Both the position numbers and the translations under genes were made by a program. This document shows positions 39,756-51,850 of a stretch of 64,000 nt of DNA, one piece after another (position 1 is the stretch's first letter; the number at the start of each line of letters is the position of its first letter). Source of the stretch: Octopus sinensis (taxonomy: Eukaryota); the NCBI RefSeq assembly GCF_006345805.1, contig NC_043008.1, positions 26,660,001 to 26,724,000 on the forward strand, in the 5' to 3' direction. The notes beneath the pieces were generated by a model, which was not told the origin of the DNA, ran no database searches, and worked only from the letters and a program-made list of their open reading frames with translations.

Positions 39756-41023
39756 AATATCCCTAAAAGCTTTCTAAATATCAAGAATTTATCAATAAAT
39801 TATCTTGAAATATAATGGCCAACTTATTGGTATTGACAGATAGATACTTAATCGCTCTCTTTGACGGGGAAACCCTTTATTTTGTTGCAAAACAAAAAAA
39901 ATCAATGAAATATCAACATAGGTCAAAGGAATTTATTTCTCAACTAAAAAGATACAATATCTACCATCTACCATTTAAACCAGCCTCCACAAAACTTCAT
40001 GGATATTTGGCAAGAGAGAGCTAAAATATCTTTCAGAAAGATGTAGCCATGCATATATTTACTGTTTTACCATCAAAGTTAGAATAGGATTTGACAAAAT
40101 GTAGCAGCTTTCACAAAGAAACAAATCATACTTTGTTTAGAAATGCACTGGGAAGAAGACAAATACTTTCTTCTCCAATTATTCAAAATGTGATTGCAGT
40201 GAAAAAAATTGCTATTTTTAGCATTAAAAAATAAATTTAAAAGCATCTAAGTAAGAAAATAAGGTTCTTAGGTTTTGGTTGGAAGCTTCAGCTGTGCAAT
40301 GACTTGAAGAGCTACTGAGAAAATAAAATATTTCAGAACAGATTATTGGAAAATAAAATGGCTTTATATGGTTTTTTTCCTATTTAGTACAGATTTCGTT
40401 ATTTTGATTTCTATGTTCTTCTTTGTAGTAAATCTTTTTACAAAACTTTATAGAAGTACAAAGCATACGCTATGTTTTATCAGTTGAAAATATATATAGA
40501 AATGTGAATACATTTATTTTAATTCTTTACAGTCGAGATTTTTTAAAAGTGTATGATAACTCAGACAGCAACTATTACTGATAAATCATAAATATTATGA
40601 ATGTTACCAATTTCCTCGCTTTTCATATGAATAAATCATAGGTGTGTATATATGTATGCATATATTTATTATGTATTTATGTATGTATTGCATATATTCA
40701 TGTATGCATATATGTGTGTCTTGGTGTGTGTTTGTGTGTGTATTATTTATTCATTTTGTCTGGCATCTATTTTTCTATAACAGCATGGAATAGACATAAA
40801 TAAGAATATATTACTGGGGCTTGAATTACAGCAGGAAACCCATACTCTTATTAAACCCTGTCTGTTTTCAACTAAGGGAGTTCACATTCCATTTATCTTC
40901 CAAACCTCAGACAGTTTATTAATAAGATAATGCATGGAAGACTTTGTACTGCTTCTGTCAACCAAATTCACTCAAAAGGCATCAATTGGCCTAAGTCTAT
41001 AGTAGAAAATACAGGACACAGGC

Positions 41024-41092
<69 letters not shown>

Positions 41093-41095
<3 letters not shown>

Positions 41096-41280
41096 TACTC
41101 TAGGCACAAGGCCCGACCAGTCAATTAGATGGATCCCAGTATGAAACTGGTATTTAATTTCTCGACCCTGAAAAGATGAAAGGCAAAGTCGACCTCTGCG
41201 GGATTTGAACTTAGAACGTAAAGACAGACGAAATGCTGCTAAGCATTTTGCCCAGCGTGCTAACGTTTCTGCCAGCTTAC
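41093..41280 (-). mobile_element. Family A SINE (young, CpG-retaining)
   Basis: aaaggcaaagtcgacctctgcgggatttgaacttagaacgtaaagacagacgaaat...gcgtgctaacgtttctgccagct. Confidence 0.92.
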
Positions 41281-41435
41281 TGAAATGCTTAGCAGTATTT
41301 TTTCTGTCTTTATGCTCTGAGTTCAAATTCTGCCGAGGTTAATTTTCTCCTTTCATCTTTCAGGGTTGATAAATTAAGTACCAGTTCCACACTGGGGGTG
41401 ATCTAATTTCAGGCCTTGTGCATAGAGTAGAAAAA
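41281..41435 (+). mobile_element. Family A SINE lacking its first ~35 nt, head-to-head with the previous copy
   Basis: gaaatgcttagcagtatt...gagttcaaattctgccgagg...ggccttgtgcatagagtagaa. Confidence 0.9.
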
Positions 41436-41963
41436 AAGTAGCAATGCTGAGGCACCTTCTTGAATTGCTTTAGATGAAAAATTGACCCCAGTATAAATTT
41501 TGTTTTTAAACATATTGTCAGCCCCTTAAGACAAAATGCTAAATTATGGGGATGTCAAGCCCATTAAGATTCTTCTTAGCCATTGTTGCTTACATGAAAT
41601 GAATTTTTGGGGGATGATCACTACACTTAATGGCTTTATAACACATCAAAGTTAGGTTGGATGTTCTAATTAATGTTTGTTACAAAGACTGCTTCTGTCT
41701 CTAATAGCTAACTTGACCCACTAGCTTTTTACAACATCATTGGTTGTTTTGCCAGTATCATTCAATATCAGTTTGATTGGTTTTCATTCAGACATTTGGA
41801 GAGCTTGACTAGCTGCCACTGATGAACCACATCATAGGGAAATCACATAATATGAAATGATTTTGAGGGACTTTCACTGCAGTCTACTTGTATTGTAAGC
41901 AACATATCTAAGTTACGCTGGAAGTGCTAATTTATATAATTTGTATGATTGTGTATAGAACAA

Positions 41964-42230
41964 TATATTAATAAATGAAATTCCAACTTAGTCTGATTTT
42001 CATGTTTTATTATTTGCAAATTTTACAATTTTACAATATTGAAATAAACTAGTACTTTCATGTGTCACGTAATCATCAGGTTTATATAGTGACTGTGGAA
42101 CACAGCTATCACTACATAAACCTGTTGATTGTGTAATGCATGAAAGTACTAGTTTATTTCAATATTGTAAAATTTGCAAATAATAAAACATAAAAATCAG
42201 ACTAAATTGGAATTTCATAAACTAATATAT
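41964..42230. mobile_element. Foldback/palindromic MITE-like element
   Basis: Arms about 125 bp, roughly 90% complementary by eye, centre ctgtg-gaa-cacag (42093-42105), TA-rich flanks. Confidence 0.85.
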
Positions 42231-42319
42231 ATATATATATACACATACAGACATATATATATAATACATACACACACACACATATATGTTTTAGCCACAT
42301 AATTACATGTGCTGTTTTT

Positions 42320-42490
42320 GAACTATACTATTTCTTCTCTCTGGACTTTTCCTCCTCTTTCTGATAAAGAGTCATGCTTGAAACATCACACCCCCTCTTT
42401 TTCCATCTTAAACTTTCTCTGAGCCTCAATCTAATACATTCATTGTGTACATCCTTTCAACTTCTGTTATTTTCCTGTTTTTGTTTTTAT
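42320..42490 (+). mobile_element. Penelope terminal-repeat-like relic with decayed hammerhead core
   Basis: CTGATAA-A-GAGT-CAT-GCTT-GAAA-C-ATC at 42361-42387. Confidence 0.55.
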
Positions 42491-42764
42491 TTTTGATTTG
42501 CCCATATTTTTATGGCACTACTGAATACTGAGAATGAGTGTTTATCACCACATTAGTCGATAAATATTCTTTATTTGTGAGTTAACAAAGCAACCAGAGG
42601 TCTCATGTGAAGGGATCTTCAAATTGTTTGAGATAAGTACCAACACTTCTAGGTGAAATGCTTGCACAATTGCGAAGACCTCTTCACACAAAACTATTGG
42701 TTGCCTTGTTAACTCACTAATAAGGTATATTATATTTATATATATAAAGCCATCTCCCTCAATG

Positions 42765-43010
42765 TTACTCCCCCTGTCGAAGGGACATTGTGTTGTCTCG
42801 CAATTTACTTGCTGTCCCCACTGTTGCTCGTGCCATAAAAGAGCACCCAGTACACTCTGTAAAGTGATCAGCATTAGGAAGGGCATCCTGCCATACATGC
42901 CAAGCCAAAACAGACAAAAGATCTTGGCATAACCCTCTAGCTTAACAGCTCTTGTCAAACCATACAGACCATGTCAGCATGGAGAATAGTCGTTAAATGA
43001 TGATGATACA
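42765..43010 (+). mobile_element. RTE-type tail short element
   Basis: gtgccataaaagagcacccagtacactctgtaaag...taggaagggcatcc...cagcatggag...ttaaatgatgatgat. Confidence 0.8.
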
Positions 43011-43151
43011 AATATAAATATATGTCTATATATTTATTTATCAGCTAATTAATTCGTTACAAAGAGAATTTAAATATCACAGTGCCCTAATATCACACCC
43101 ATTGCCTGGAACAAACATAATATATTGTAATAACTTATAGCAAATTAATCA

Positions 43152-43357
43152 CTAATGTGAATCTGTTTGTATCTCATGTCTCAATTTCGTTTTAACATTC
43201 AGTGACCTTTCACCAACTGCAACACCAAAACACTTTGTTAAAAACCTTCCATCCTTCCCAAATATATCTTCAATAATGTACCAATGAGGTAACACTACAG
43301 GGTTATTCGACCTGTCAATAGCAGGTTCTAAATCTCCCACAAACTGTATCCTATCAT
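43152..43357 (-). CDS. Candidate coding exon of an unidentified host gene
   Basis: Acceptor ttcttccttttgaAG at 43358-59; open frame DRIQFVGDLEPAIDRSNNPVVLPHWYIIEDIFGKDGRFLTKCFGVAVGERSLNVKTKLRHEIQTDSH-stop in non-repetitive sequence; AATAAA near 43033-38. Confidence 0.5.
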
Positions 43358-43909
43358 CTTCAAAAGGAAGAAAAATAATAGATAATATAGTTTTATGCAA
43401 TGTTTCATAATTTTCTAGTTTATAAAGCTCATCTATGGAGCGTCTCTATCTACAATGTATATATGATTGCTTCGATTTCTAATCGTCATCCAAAGTTTTA
43501 TTCATGAAATATACATAAAGGATGGTCACAGTCAAATGACTGAAACAAGTAAAAGAATAAAAGAAAAGTACTGGATGCAACCTCTAAGTACCTTTACTTC
43601 TTCTTATCTACAAGGTCATTGATGCAAGTGTACATGTGCACCACCAAATATATGACAAATTATGGGGATCAGATACAGAACAGTTCAGATATTGAACAAA
43701 TTAAGACAGTGAAAAGTATTTCATTGCTTAATTTGAAGCTAATGGTCAAAATAATTGCAATCTTATTAATTATATGGTTTGGTGATCATTGTAATAAAAT
43801 AAGCAGGTTTTATATTCTCCATAAATATTCACATGTTGAGTTAAATTCATGAATTTGAATTAGGAAACATTTACCCCACTGGTACAAAGTGAATGAATTA
43901 CCACACACT

Positions 43910-44015
43910 ATATATATATACATACATATATATATATATATAATATATATATATATTATATATATATATATATATTATATATATATATATATTATATATA
44001 TATATATATATATGT
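43910..44015. repeat. (TA)n microsatellite
   Basis: Direct tandem arrays. Confidence 0.97.
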
Positions 44016-44076
44016 GATAAATAAAAATATATGCATACATACAAACATATATGTACGTACCTACATCTACATGTAT

Positions 44077-44604
44077 CGAGACCTCTGGAAGTGTGCTGTG
44101 CGCGAGAAGACCTGGCAGGACAAGTGAGTCCATAACCCGTGGCCTTCTACATGGGATGGAGCCAGCCTACGTATGCATACCTTCCCTTCTTGGGACACAA
44201 AACTCTACTTGTGAAGACCTGTTGAGGCAAGTGAGGATCAGAATCGAAATCGATCAATGGAAATTGCAGATGTAAGAGAACCTTCCGTTTCGCGACCGTT
44301 GCCAGCACCACCCCGTTTCGTGTCCGTTGCCAGCCTCGCCTGGCCCTCGTGCCGGTGGCACATAAAAAGCACCATCCGTTCATGGCCGTTTGCCAGCTCT
44401 GTCTGGCACCTGTGTGGGTGGCACGTAAAAAGCACCCGCTACACTCACGGAGTGGTTGGCGTTAGGAAGGGCATCCAGCCGTAGAAACACTGCCAGATTT
44501 GACTGGGCCTGATGAAGCCTTCTGGCTTCACAGACCCCAGTAGAACCGTCCAACCAATGCTAGCATGGAAAACGGACGCTAAACGATGATGATGATGATG
44601 ATGA
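44077..44604 (+). mobile_element. Young 5'-truncated RTE LINE (ORF2 end, 3' UTR, (GAT)n)
   Basis: RDLWKCAVREKTWQDK-stop; CpG-rich UTR; tail ctaaacgatgatgatgatgatgatgat. Confidence 0.9.
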
Positions 44605-45195
44605 TACGTGAGTACAGGACACCACAATAAGACGTAGAAACGGGAAAATCAAAAAAACAAAAAACAAGAAAACGAAAAAAACAGTTACAGGACGTGCTAC
44701 ACAAGGAAAAAAAACCCGTCATCAGCTGTCGCTAGTAGAGTCAAGCATGTTTCGAAGGCAGAGACAGAATACTAATCCACTAGGCCTTCCTGCGAGAGAA
44801 TTAAAATAAAATTCCAAGCAGCGGGGCAAAATGAGTACGAACACGAACAAGACGTAACAATAAAACTGCAAAAATAAAAATACATGTACAAAAAATACAA
44901 ATAAATACAAAACGAGAAAATAAAAAGAGAATACGATACAGGAAATCAAAGAACACAAGAGCACGAACGAAAAAGCCTTTTTTTCTGGCATAGACGAAGA
45001 ATACTGTGGCAGCGCGTGGAAGGCAGTCTTTTCAGTAGTAAGAGCAATGTGTAAAAGAAAATTTTATAGGCTGGCAGTAAGGAAGAAGGAAGGAGGAGGG
45101 GGACACGCGGCAGAGAGAGAGGAGGAGTGGGAAGGAGAGAGAGTGGAGAGGGTAAAGCAAAGGGAGAAAATTGAGAGAGAATTACGCGTCTTAAA
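44605..45195 (-). mobile_element. Young CpG-rich repeat of uncertain class
   Basis: CpG-rich, strongly strand-biased sequence between the RTE tail and aatatag; contains cgaaac and ctgatga on the minus strand. Class is unresolved. Confidence 0.4.
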
Positions 45196-45404
45196 TATAG
45201 TAATAATATAAAAATAACAGGAACCATGCCTTCGAAATGTTGAGTAGTTGAAACAGGGACAACTGAAGAAGGGGAATATTGTTTATGTTGTACATCTCAT
45301 TTCTCTGTTTTTTTCCCTTGTTAGAAAAAATGTTTGTTTCTATGTTTCTGTTTTTATGTTTTTGTTTCTCATTGTGTTCAAAATCTTTTGATGTCCTGTA
45401 CACA

Positions 45405-45537
<133 letters not shown>

Positions 45538-46173
45538 ATATGATTTTTCTCTGAAATATTTCTTCTCTCTAAAGAGAACATGTAGTTTTGGTTCTGTCAA
45601 ATATGATGTAGTTCTATAAGCTAAATGAAATCGAATAAACTTGAAATTATGATTGTTACATCATGCAACTCACTGGATTTTGTTCTCCTTCATTTAGAAA
45701 AAGGACAAATAAATCTCCTTACAAAGAATTAATTCATGTGTTTTGTGGTGTGTTATGTCAGTTTCCCCTTATGGAATTGTTGTCATTCAATGTTTTACAA
45801 GCTAAATATTTTCATAGACAGGTTCAGGAATGTGTACCATTGAGCATAAAATATTAAGGACAACCACTGCAATACATCCACTGGGTAATGCTTAAGGCAC
45901 TACTGCTAAAAGTAATACAGTAATGTGATGTTGTTACTATCAATGTCATGTTGTTTACCAGATTTATGATCAAAGATATTCCATTTGTGGCCATCTGTTC
46001 TGTTTTCAGACAGTGAATAACATGGATGACATAATCAGATGAATGCTTCTATTTTTAAAAGAGTAATTGTCATTTGTTGGAAATATGTTTGTTACTTCTG
46101 AAAGTGGAGGCAACTAGATGAGATTTTCTTTCTTGCCTCAGGCAATATATTGCTGTTGACATTAGGTGTTTCT

Positions 46174-46405
46174 GAGGTAGTGAGCTTAGAGAATCATAAG
46201 CACAATGGATAAAATGTTTAACAGCATTTCAGCTATCTTTCCAACCTGATTTTAAGTTCTACTAAAGTTAACTTTGCCTTTAATCCTTTCAGGGTTGAAT
46301 GTAATAAGTACTAATTAAACACAAGAGTCAATGTAATTGGCTATCTCCTCCCCTCCCTCCTCCACAAAATTTCAGGATTTGTTCTCGTAGTAGAAAAGAT
46401 ATTAG
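46174..46405 (+). mobile_element. Old family A SINE
   Basis: taactttgcctttaatcctttcagggttg...aaaatttcagg...gtagtagaaaagat. Confidence 0.7.
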
Positions 46406-46694
46406 TTTTTTCTATAAAATCATTCTCATATGCACACACACACACTTATATGTATATACAGGGTGTGACATTAAAAAAATTCCGATTAACCTTTCTTGAT
46501 AAATATATCAACAGCAAAGACACAATGTGCACTAGTATAAATAATGATGGCAACTGAAAAAAATTGGTGGACTATTAACTACAAGTAGACAGACCATTAC
46601 CATCTGCCTAAAGTCACTAGCAGCAGGGTGCAGGAGAAAAACCTACAGTAGGGTTTTACTGTCCCCCCACCATATATATATATGTATATATCTA

Positions 46695-46778
<84 letters not shown>

Positions 46779-46782
<4 letters not shown>

Positions 46783-48100
46783 GGTTACCATATGGTAAGG
46801 TTATATTTTCAAGCAAATAGTCAGAGGTCATGCCACAAAAAGTTTAGCCAATCAAAGTGTCCTTGCAATCAGCCAATAAGAATTAATGACCAAACATTAA
46901 CAAGGCCACACATCTTGTGAGTATATGCAATGAAAACTCACGACAGAAAAGGACTTTAGTGAGCTGCATATGCAGCATTTACATGCCTTAGAAATTTTGT
47001 AAGGGAAAAACTGCAAAATGTATAAAGAAAGCCTATGTGTTATATATTCTAAAGGTGAGAATGTTGGAAATGCCAAAGGTGGTGTAACAAATTAAAAAAC
47101 AGTGATTTTGAATGAGTGTCATTCAGGAAGATCAACTATTCTCAATAATGATGCAGTAAAAACAGTAACAGAAAGGAATCTATATCAATGTAGTGAGATA
47201 TTATCTAGGATGCTTAATAAGCCTTAGTCAACTGTGCAAGATCATCTCATTCAAACTGAGGAAGTGTAAGGAGAGGTGGATACCTTATTAGCTGTCTCCA
47301 AGAATAAACTAGTGCATTCAACAATTTGTAACAATTTGATAATCAGGAATGAATAAGCACCTTTTCTTAACTGAATTGTAGTACGTAATGAGAAATGGAT
47401 AGTATAAACTGTAAGAAGCAGTGGCCATTGCCAAATGAAAATCTAGTTTCAACACCCAAACCAGATCTACACACAAAAAAGAGCTTGCTGTGCATTTGGT
47501 AGAAGACATAGCATCAACACTGAACTTTATTGTAAACAATGTAAATGTGTTAATCAAGTTTTGCTCAAAAACCAACCAGCTCTAGTTAATGAATTGAGAG
47601 TAATCCTGCAACATGATAATGCAAGGCCACATTCAGCAAAGATAAACCAAGACAAAAGTAAATTCATTAGGCTGGTCCCTACTAACCAGACTCAAAGATA
47701 TCAAATTTTCACTTTCACACTCGCTTGACCAGTGGAAAAAACATTCAGAAATGATGATATTAAAAACAACGTTCCAAATACTTTTTATTTTCTAACCTCT
47801 AGCATAGCTTGAGCATGTGTTGTCTGGGGCAACCCTTCCATTTACCACCCCCCGGACCCCACAGAAAACACATATTGCTTACACCAGACCCAAAAGTGCC
47901 AACCAGAGGGGACCGTCCCTACTATGCCCCACCTAGCTACGCTAGTGTTTCTAACCAAATTTTTTTGCCACAGAAATCAGAACACTAGTTTCAAAGAGGA
48001 AAATGTTATTGCTAATCATAATGATTAAATTTCAAATGTTACTCCATACAACTTTGTCACCTGATTGGCTGACAGTAACTAAACCAACAACCCTACCAAA
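46779..48100 (+). mobile_element. Decayed mariner (Mos1/Hsmar-like)
   Basis: CQRW, HSGRS, RNEKWI, PKPDLHTKK, ILQHDNARPHSAK; frame continues after the MITE at 47948. Confidence 0.8.
47797..47947. mobile_element. hAT-type MITE with 8-bp TSD
   Basis: TIRs ctctagcatagct / agctacgctagtg (11 of 13); perfect TSD tttctaac at 47789-96 and 47948-55. Confidence 0.88.
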
Positions 48101-48839
48101 CGTGATTTGTAAAGCAGATGGTTTTTGCTGGACATACTGCCAGACAAATAAACAAGTCCTGTCAAAGGACAGATGCATTCAGTAGAGTCAATGGCCATCC
48201 AACAGCAAGTAATGAGTGTCCCCCACCCATAGTCTTTGTTTAGGCATCACTCTAGAAGGAAAACTTTTATGTAACACTTGCGACTTTGTTTGCATTCAAT
48301 GATGAAGAACACTTTTTTTTGTGGTTAAGTGTGTAAATTGTTTAGAGAGTGGAATTAACCCTGAGTAAGGTCTTCCCACACTGAAAACAACTTCAGGCAC
48401 AGGCATTGCTTGATTTTTAAAATTTTGTGTTGCATATTATAGCTAACCATAGCCAAGAAAAACAAAGCACACTACAAACATTTTCACAATGAAATGGAGC
48501 CATGAGCACAATGCCAAATGGACATAAAAGACCTGAAAATTAAAATATATGATAATTTCATTCCTACAGTATGACCATTTGACAGACTAAAATGTTGAAA
48601 AAATAGATATATAAAACTACTTTTTAAATAGGTTTCTTTACTGGATTTATAATGTAAACATATAAAAATAATGTGATCAGATGTTTATTTTAAAATTATT
48701 ACAATTGACATATCAAAGTGTACAAGACAAAATTAATAACAGTATTTAAAAATTGTGAGCCAAAGATAATAGAAATGCCAATCCTTCTTTATTATAAGAA
48801 CCACAAATGGTTTTTATCGTATCGTTAATGGTATCATAT

Positions 48840-50082
48840 TTTTTGTTAGCTCATGATATGTCAATCCCAATAGTAGCCTGCTCAATTAGAATTTCATTGG
48901 ATGCCTGCTCATTTCTAATAACCTTTAGTTTGGTGATTTTGGGATGAGTTATGTAAAGTCTTTTTTTAAAAGCCTGATGCCAGCCTTCAAGAGAATTGTT
49001 TGTTCTTGGAAAATTATCATGAACCGAAGTGTAAACAGACCACAAATCAACATCAAAAATTGGTCTCCTTCAACTCCCTGTCTGGACTATTCCTAACCAC
49101 GTAATTTCAAAGTAAACAAGATAATCCCTTTATAACTCATCAGTTTCGGCATCTAAGGAGTTCACCAGTTTGTAAAATAATTCCTGCACACCTGTGGGTG
49201 GGACAAAGACAAGTGCTTGTAACTGCTTGATGAAAAGGGCATTACTGGTTTCAACATACCAGTGTTGCAATCTACAGGACTGGATATTGCACCATAAACA
49301 TTGCCCAAAATAAAATAAACCACACAAGATAGATGTATCAGTAAAGTTCTGATTGTTGATTGTTGAAGTCAATTGTTATTGAATGTGGATCCTGAACATC
49401 TTTGCTTTTCAAAAATGTACACATTTCACCTTATGTTTTCTCTTCTTTGTTACTAGCAATCCAATACACAACTGGCAAGGTTATGCTCCCTGAAATAACA
49501 ATTTGTGTAGTATACAGCTGTTTGCCTAGGAGAGCAGAATCAAATGTGCCATTGCCAAACCATGTTTGTTTACTAGATAATAATTTCAGATATTTTTCTG
49601 TCAATAAAATAGCAACAGCAGTAGTTTCATAAAGCCAAACGTTTTCTCCATGTATTGCCATTTCCAAGTCTTCACTATCATCAATCTTTCTTGCTCACCT
49701 CACCATTCTCCCAAGCATTTCTCTTTTAGGCAGAGAATCAGTTAAGCTGAGAAGCTGCTCTTCCATGACATTATTAATTACACTGCTTGTCACGGATGTT
49801 AAACAATGAGGATGATGATGATGTTACCTCTGTCTGTTTGGCTCTAGTCTTCATTTTATCTAATGCTTTTAAAACATTAATATGAGCACTATCTGTAGGA
49901 TGTGATTGATTTGAGGCATTTCCATGTTTGGTATCACTTCCAGTTCTAATTCTAGCATTGCACACTTTTCATTCTTTACATCTCCAGTAAGTGGTTTCCT
50001 TAACTTTTTCTTTATTAACAATATATGTATATCCATTAAGAAGGAGCTTTCTGTCACAACATGCAATTTTAGTGAATTCCAT
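48840..50082 (-). mobile_element. Mutator-like (FLYWCH + MULE) transposase relic
   Basis: LLNGYTYIVNKEKVKETTYWRCKE-stop-KVCNARIRT (FLYWCH), WFGNGTFD, QLYT, PRTNNSLEGWHQAF. Confidence 0.88.
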
Positions 50083-50339
50083 GGTCAAACTGTGGGAAGA
50101 AAACAATTAACTTTATAAATAAGGCAATTAAGTAGTGAACCATTTTTAATTTCGTTAAATCTTAAGTGTCAATTGGTGAATTGGTCATTAAGCTACGTAG
50201 GTAGGAATGTTTTGTTTTTATTATTGTGTCTGTTCAGCTTTATGTCCATTCAGCACTGTGTCAATCCAGCTTCTTGGCTTTGGCTTCTTGTCCTTTGGCA
50301 AAAGTGCATTCGGTATCCTGTCTATACATGGTTTGTTGA

Positions 50340-50470
50340 TCGGTGCACTTGGAGAATATTACTTCACTTGGAAACAAAAGGGGTTTAGGCAACAGGAAGA
50401 GCATCTGGCCATTAAAAATTTTGCTTCACTGCACTCACATCTGTCCCATGGCTTAAAGACGAGAGTATTT
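50340..50470 (+). mobile_element. RTE-type tail variant fragment
   Basis: cacttggagaatattacttcacttggaaac...ggcaacaggaagagcatctggcc. Confidence 0.5.
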
Positions 50471-50495
50471 TGGCTTTGTCGTAAGAAGGTTGCAA

Positions 50496-50694
50496 GTGCA
50501 GGAATGGATGTGTTAATAAGTCTACTTCCTATGCACATGACTTTTAGGTTCAATCCCATTGAATGGCACTTAGAGAAAGTGTCTTCTGTTATTGTCTTAG
50601 GCTGACCAAAGCCTTGTGAATGGATTTGGTAGATGAAAAGTGTGTGTGTATGTGTGTGCACATGTGCATGTGTATACATGCATACATACATACA

Positions 50695-50731
<37 letters not shown>

Positions 50732-50935
50732 GCCTCTGTGCCTATGTGTTTGTAAACTCACCCCGCTGCTTGACAATCAGAGTTGACTTGTTTATGACCC
50801 CGCAATGTAACATTTCGACAAAAGAGGCCATTTGAAAGAATACCAGACTTTAGCGAAAATTAGTATTGAGATTGATTTGATTAATTAAAACCCTTCAGAG
50901 TAGTGCTCCAGCATGGCTGCAGCCCAAATACTGAA
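50496..50935 (+). mobile_element. Family B SINE with internal (TACA)n
   Basis: Head gtgcaggaatggatg, ggttcaatcccattg, aggctgaccaaagccttgtgaatggatttggtag; 3' block gtgctccagcatggctgcag. Confidence 0.75.
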
Positions 50936-51329
50936 AGTTATAGCTGTTTTATTTATCTTAGTGTTATAGTTCTTTCATTGCATGGCTCACATGGAAGAAT
51001 AAACAGGAAGTTGGCATCTGCTAGTCAGCAATCTGTAGCGTAAGATATTTCAGCAACATCAGTTCTTTGATTTCATCCTCCACATGGCAGAGCAGATGGG
51101 ATGTCCACACCCATTGGTCTGCATTCTGTTAGAGTATGATACTGTTAATGACATTAGTGATAGCAAATTGTATGTCAATCATTGTGACAAGCAAGATAGT
51201 AGTAGACCACAATCTCTTTGAGCAGCAGAGATTATGTCCACTTTCATTGTGGATGAGCCAGTTAGGTATGTGAGTGTTTGTCCGAGTTATCAGTAGGCAA
51301 TGATTTGAAGTTCATTAACAGTGAAAATC

Positions 51330-51600
51330 TTGGGTGACAACAATAAGATAGGTTCGTTTTCCTACTGGTCGATATTTCAGGTTGCTGGAGTATGTTCAGT
51401 TTCTCTTGAAAGCAGTTAGCAATTGAAAACTCCAAGTGAGTAAGGGGGAGCCTCTGTAAAGGATGCTCCTTATGATGTTGAAGAAGTTGGTTCTATGACT
51501 ATGGATTATGTAGCAGGAGTTTTTTTCCATCCTCACACCTGAAGGAGTACATGTGCTGTATGAATCTTCCTTTAAATTCATTGGTTGTCGTGCCCATGTT
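51330..51600 (-). mobile_element. Penelope-like GIY-YIG endonuclease relic
   Basis: MGTTTNEFKGRFIQHMYSFR resembles the YIGxT..FKxRxxxHxxSF motif. Confidence 0.55.
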
Positions 51601-51850
51601 GTCTTTTAATACCAATGGAAAGCGTGAGGGTGGTTTTATGAAACAAAGCCTTTGAGAGGTAGGATTCTTTCGGGAGGTAGTTCATAGAATTTTGGCATAG
51701 CAGGCTGGAGTGTGGAGTGAAGACTGTGGATGTGCAAAATCAATTGGTAGTTTAATATTTATAACTAGAAGTTGATTTTGTTTGAATCTCTTTAGACAAA
51801 GTACATAAGGGTCAATTAACTGTATTATTTATAATACAAAGTAAAGATAA

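Noticed and set aside
41819-41850. CTGATGA-A-CC...GG-GAAA hammerhead core
   Set aside because: Only 2 bp in helix II, and neither helix I nor a cleavage triplet can be formed; may be a fossil but unsupported.
43225-43290. KH-domain or NHL-repeat assignment for the orphan exon
   Set aside because: Spacing after GKDG is about three residues short for KH and motif order is wrong for NHL; no gene symbol given.
44509-44535. ctgatgaagcc-ttct-ggcttca as a hammerhead
   Set aside because: A hairpin exists but no GAAA follows; it is part of the RTE tail.
44715-44765. Type II hammerhead on the minus strand (cGAAAc...CTGATGA)
   Set aside because: Helix II does not pair (c opposite c) and no GUH closes helix III.
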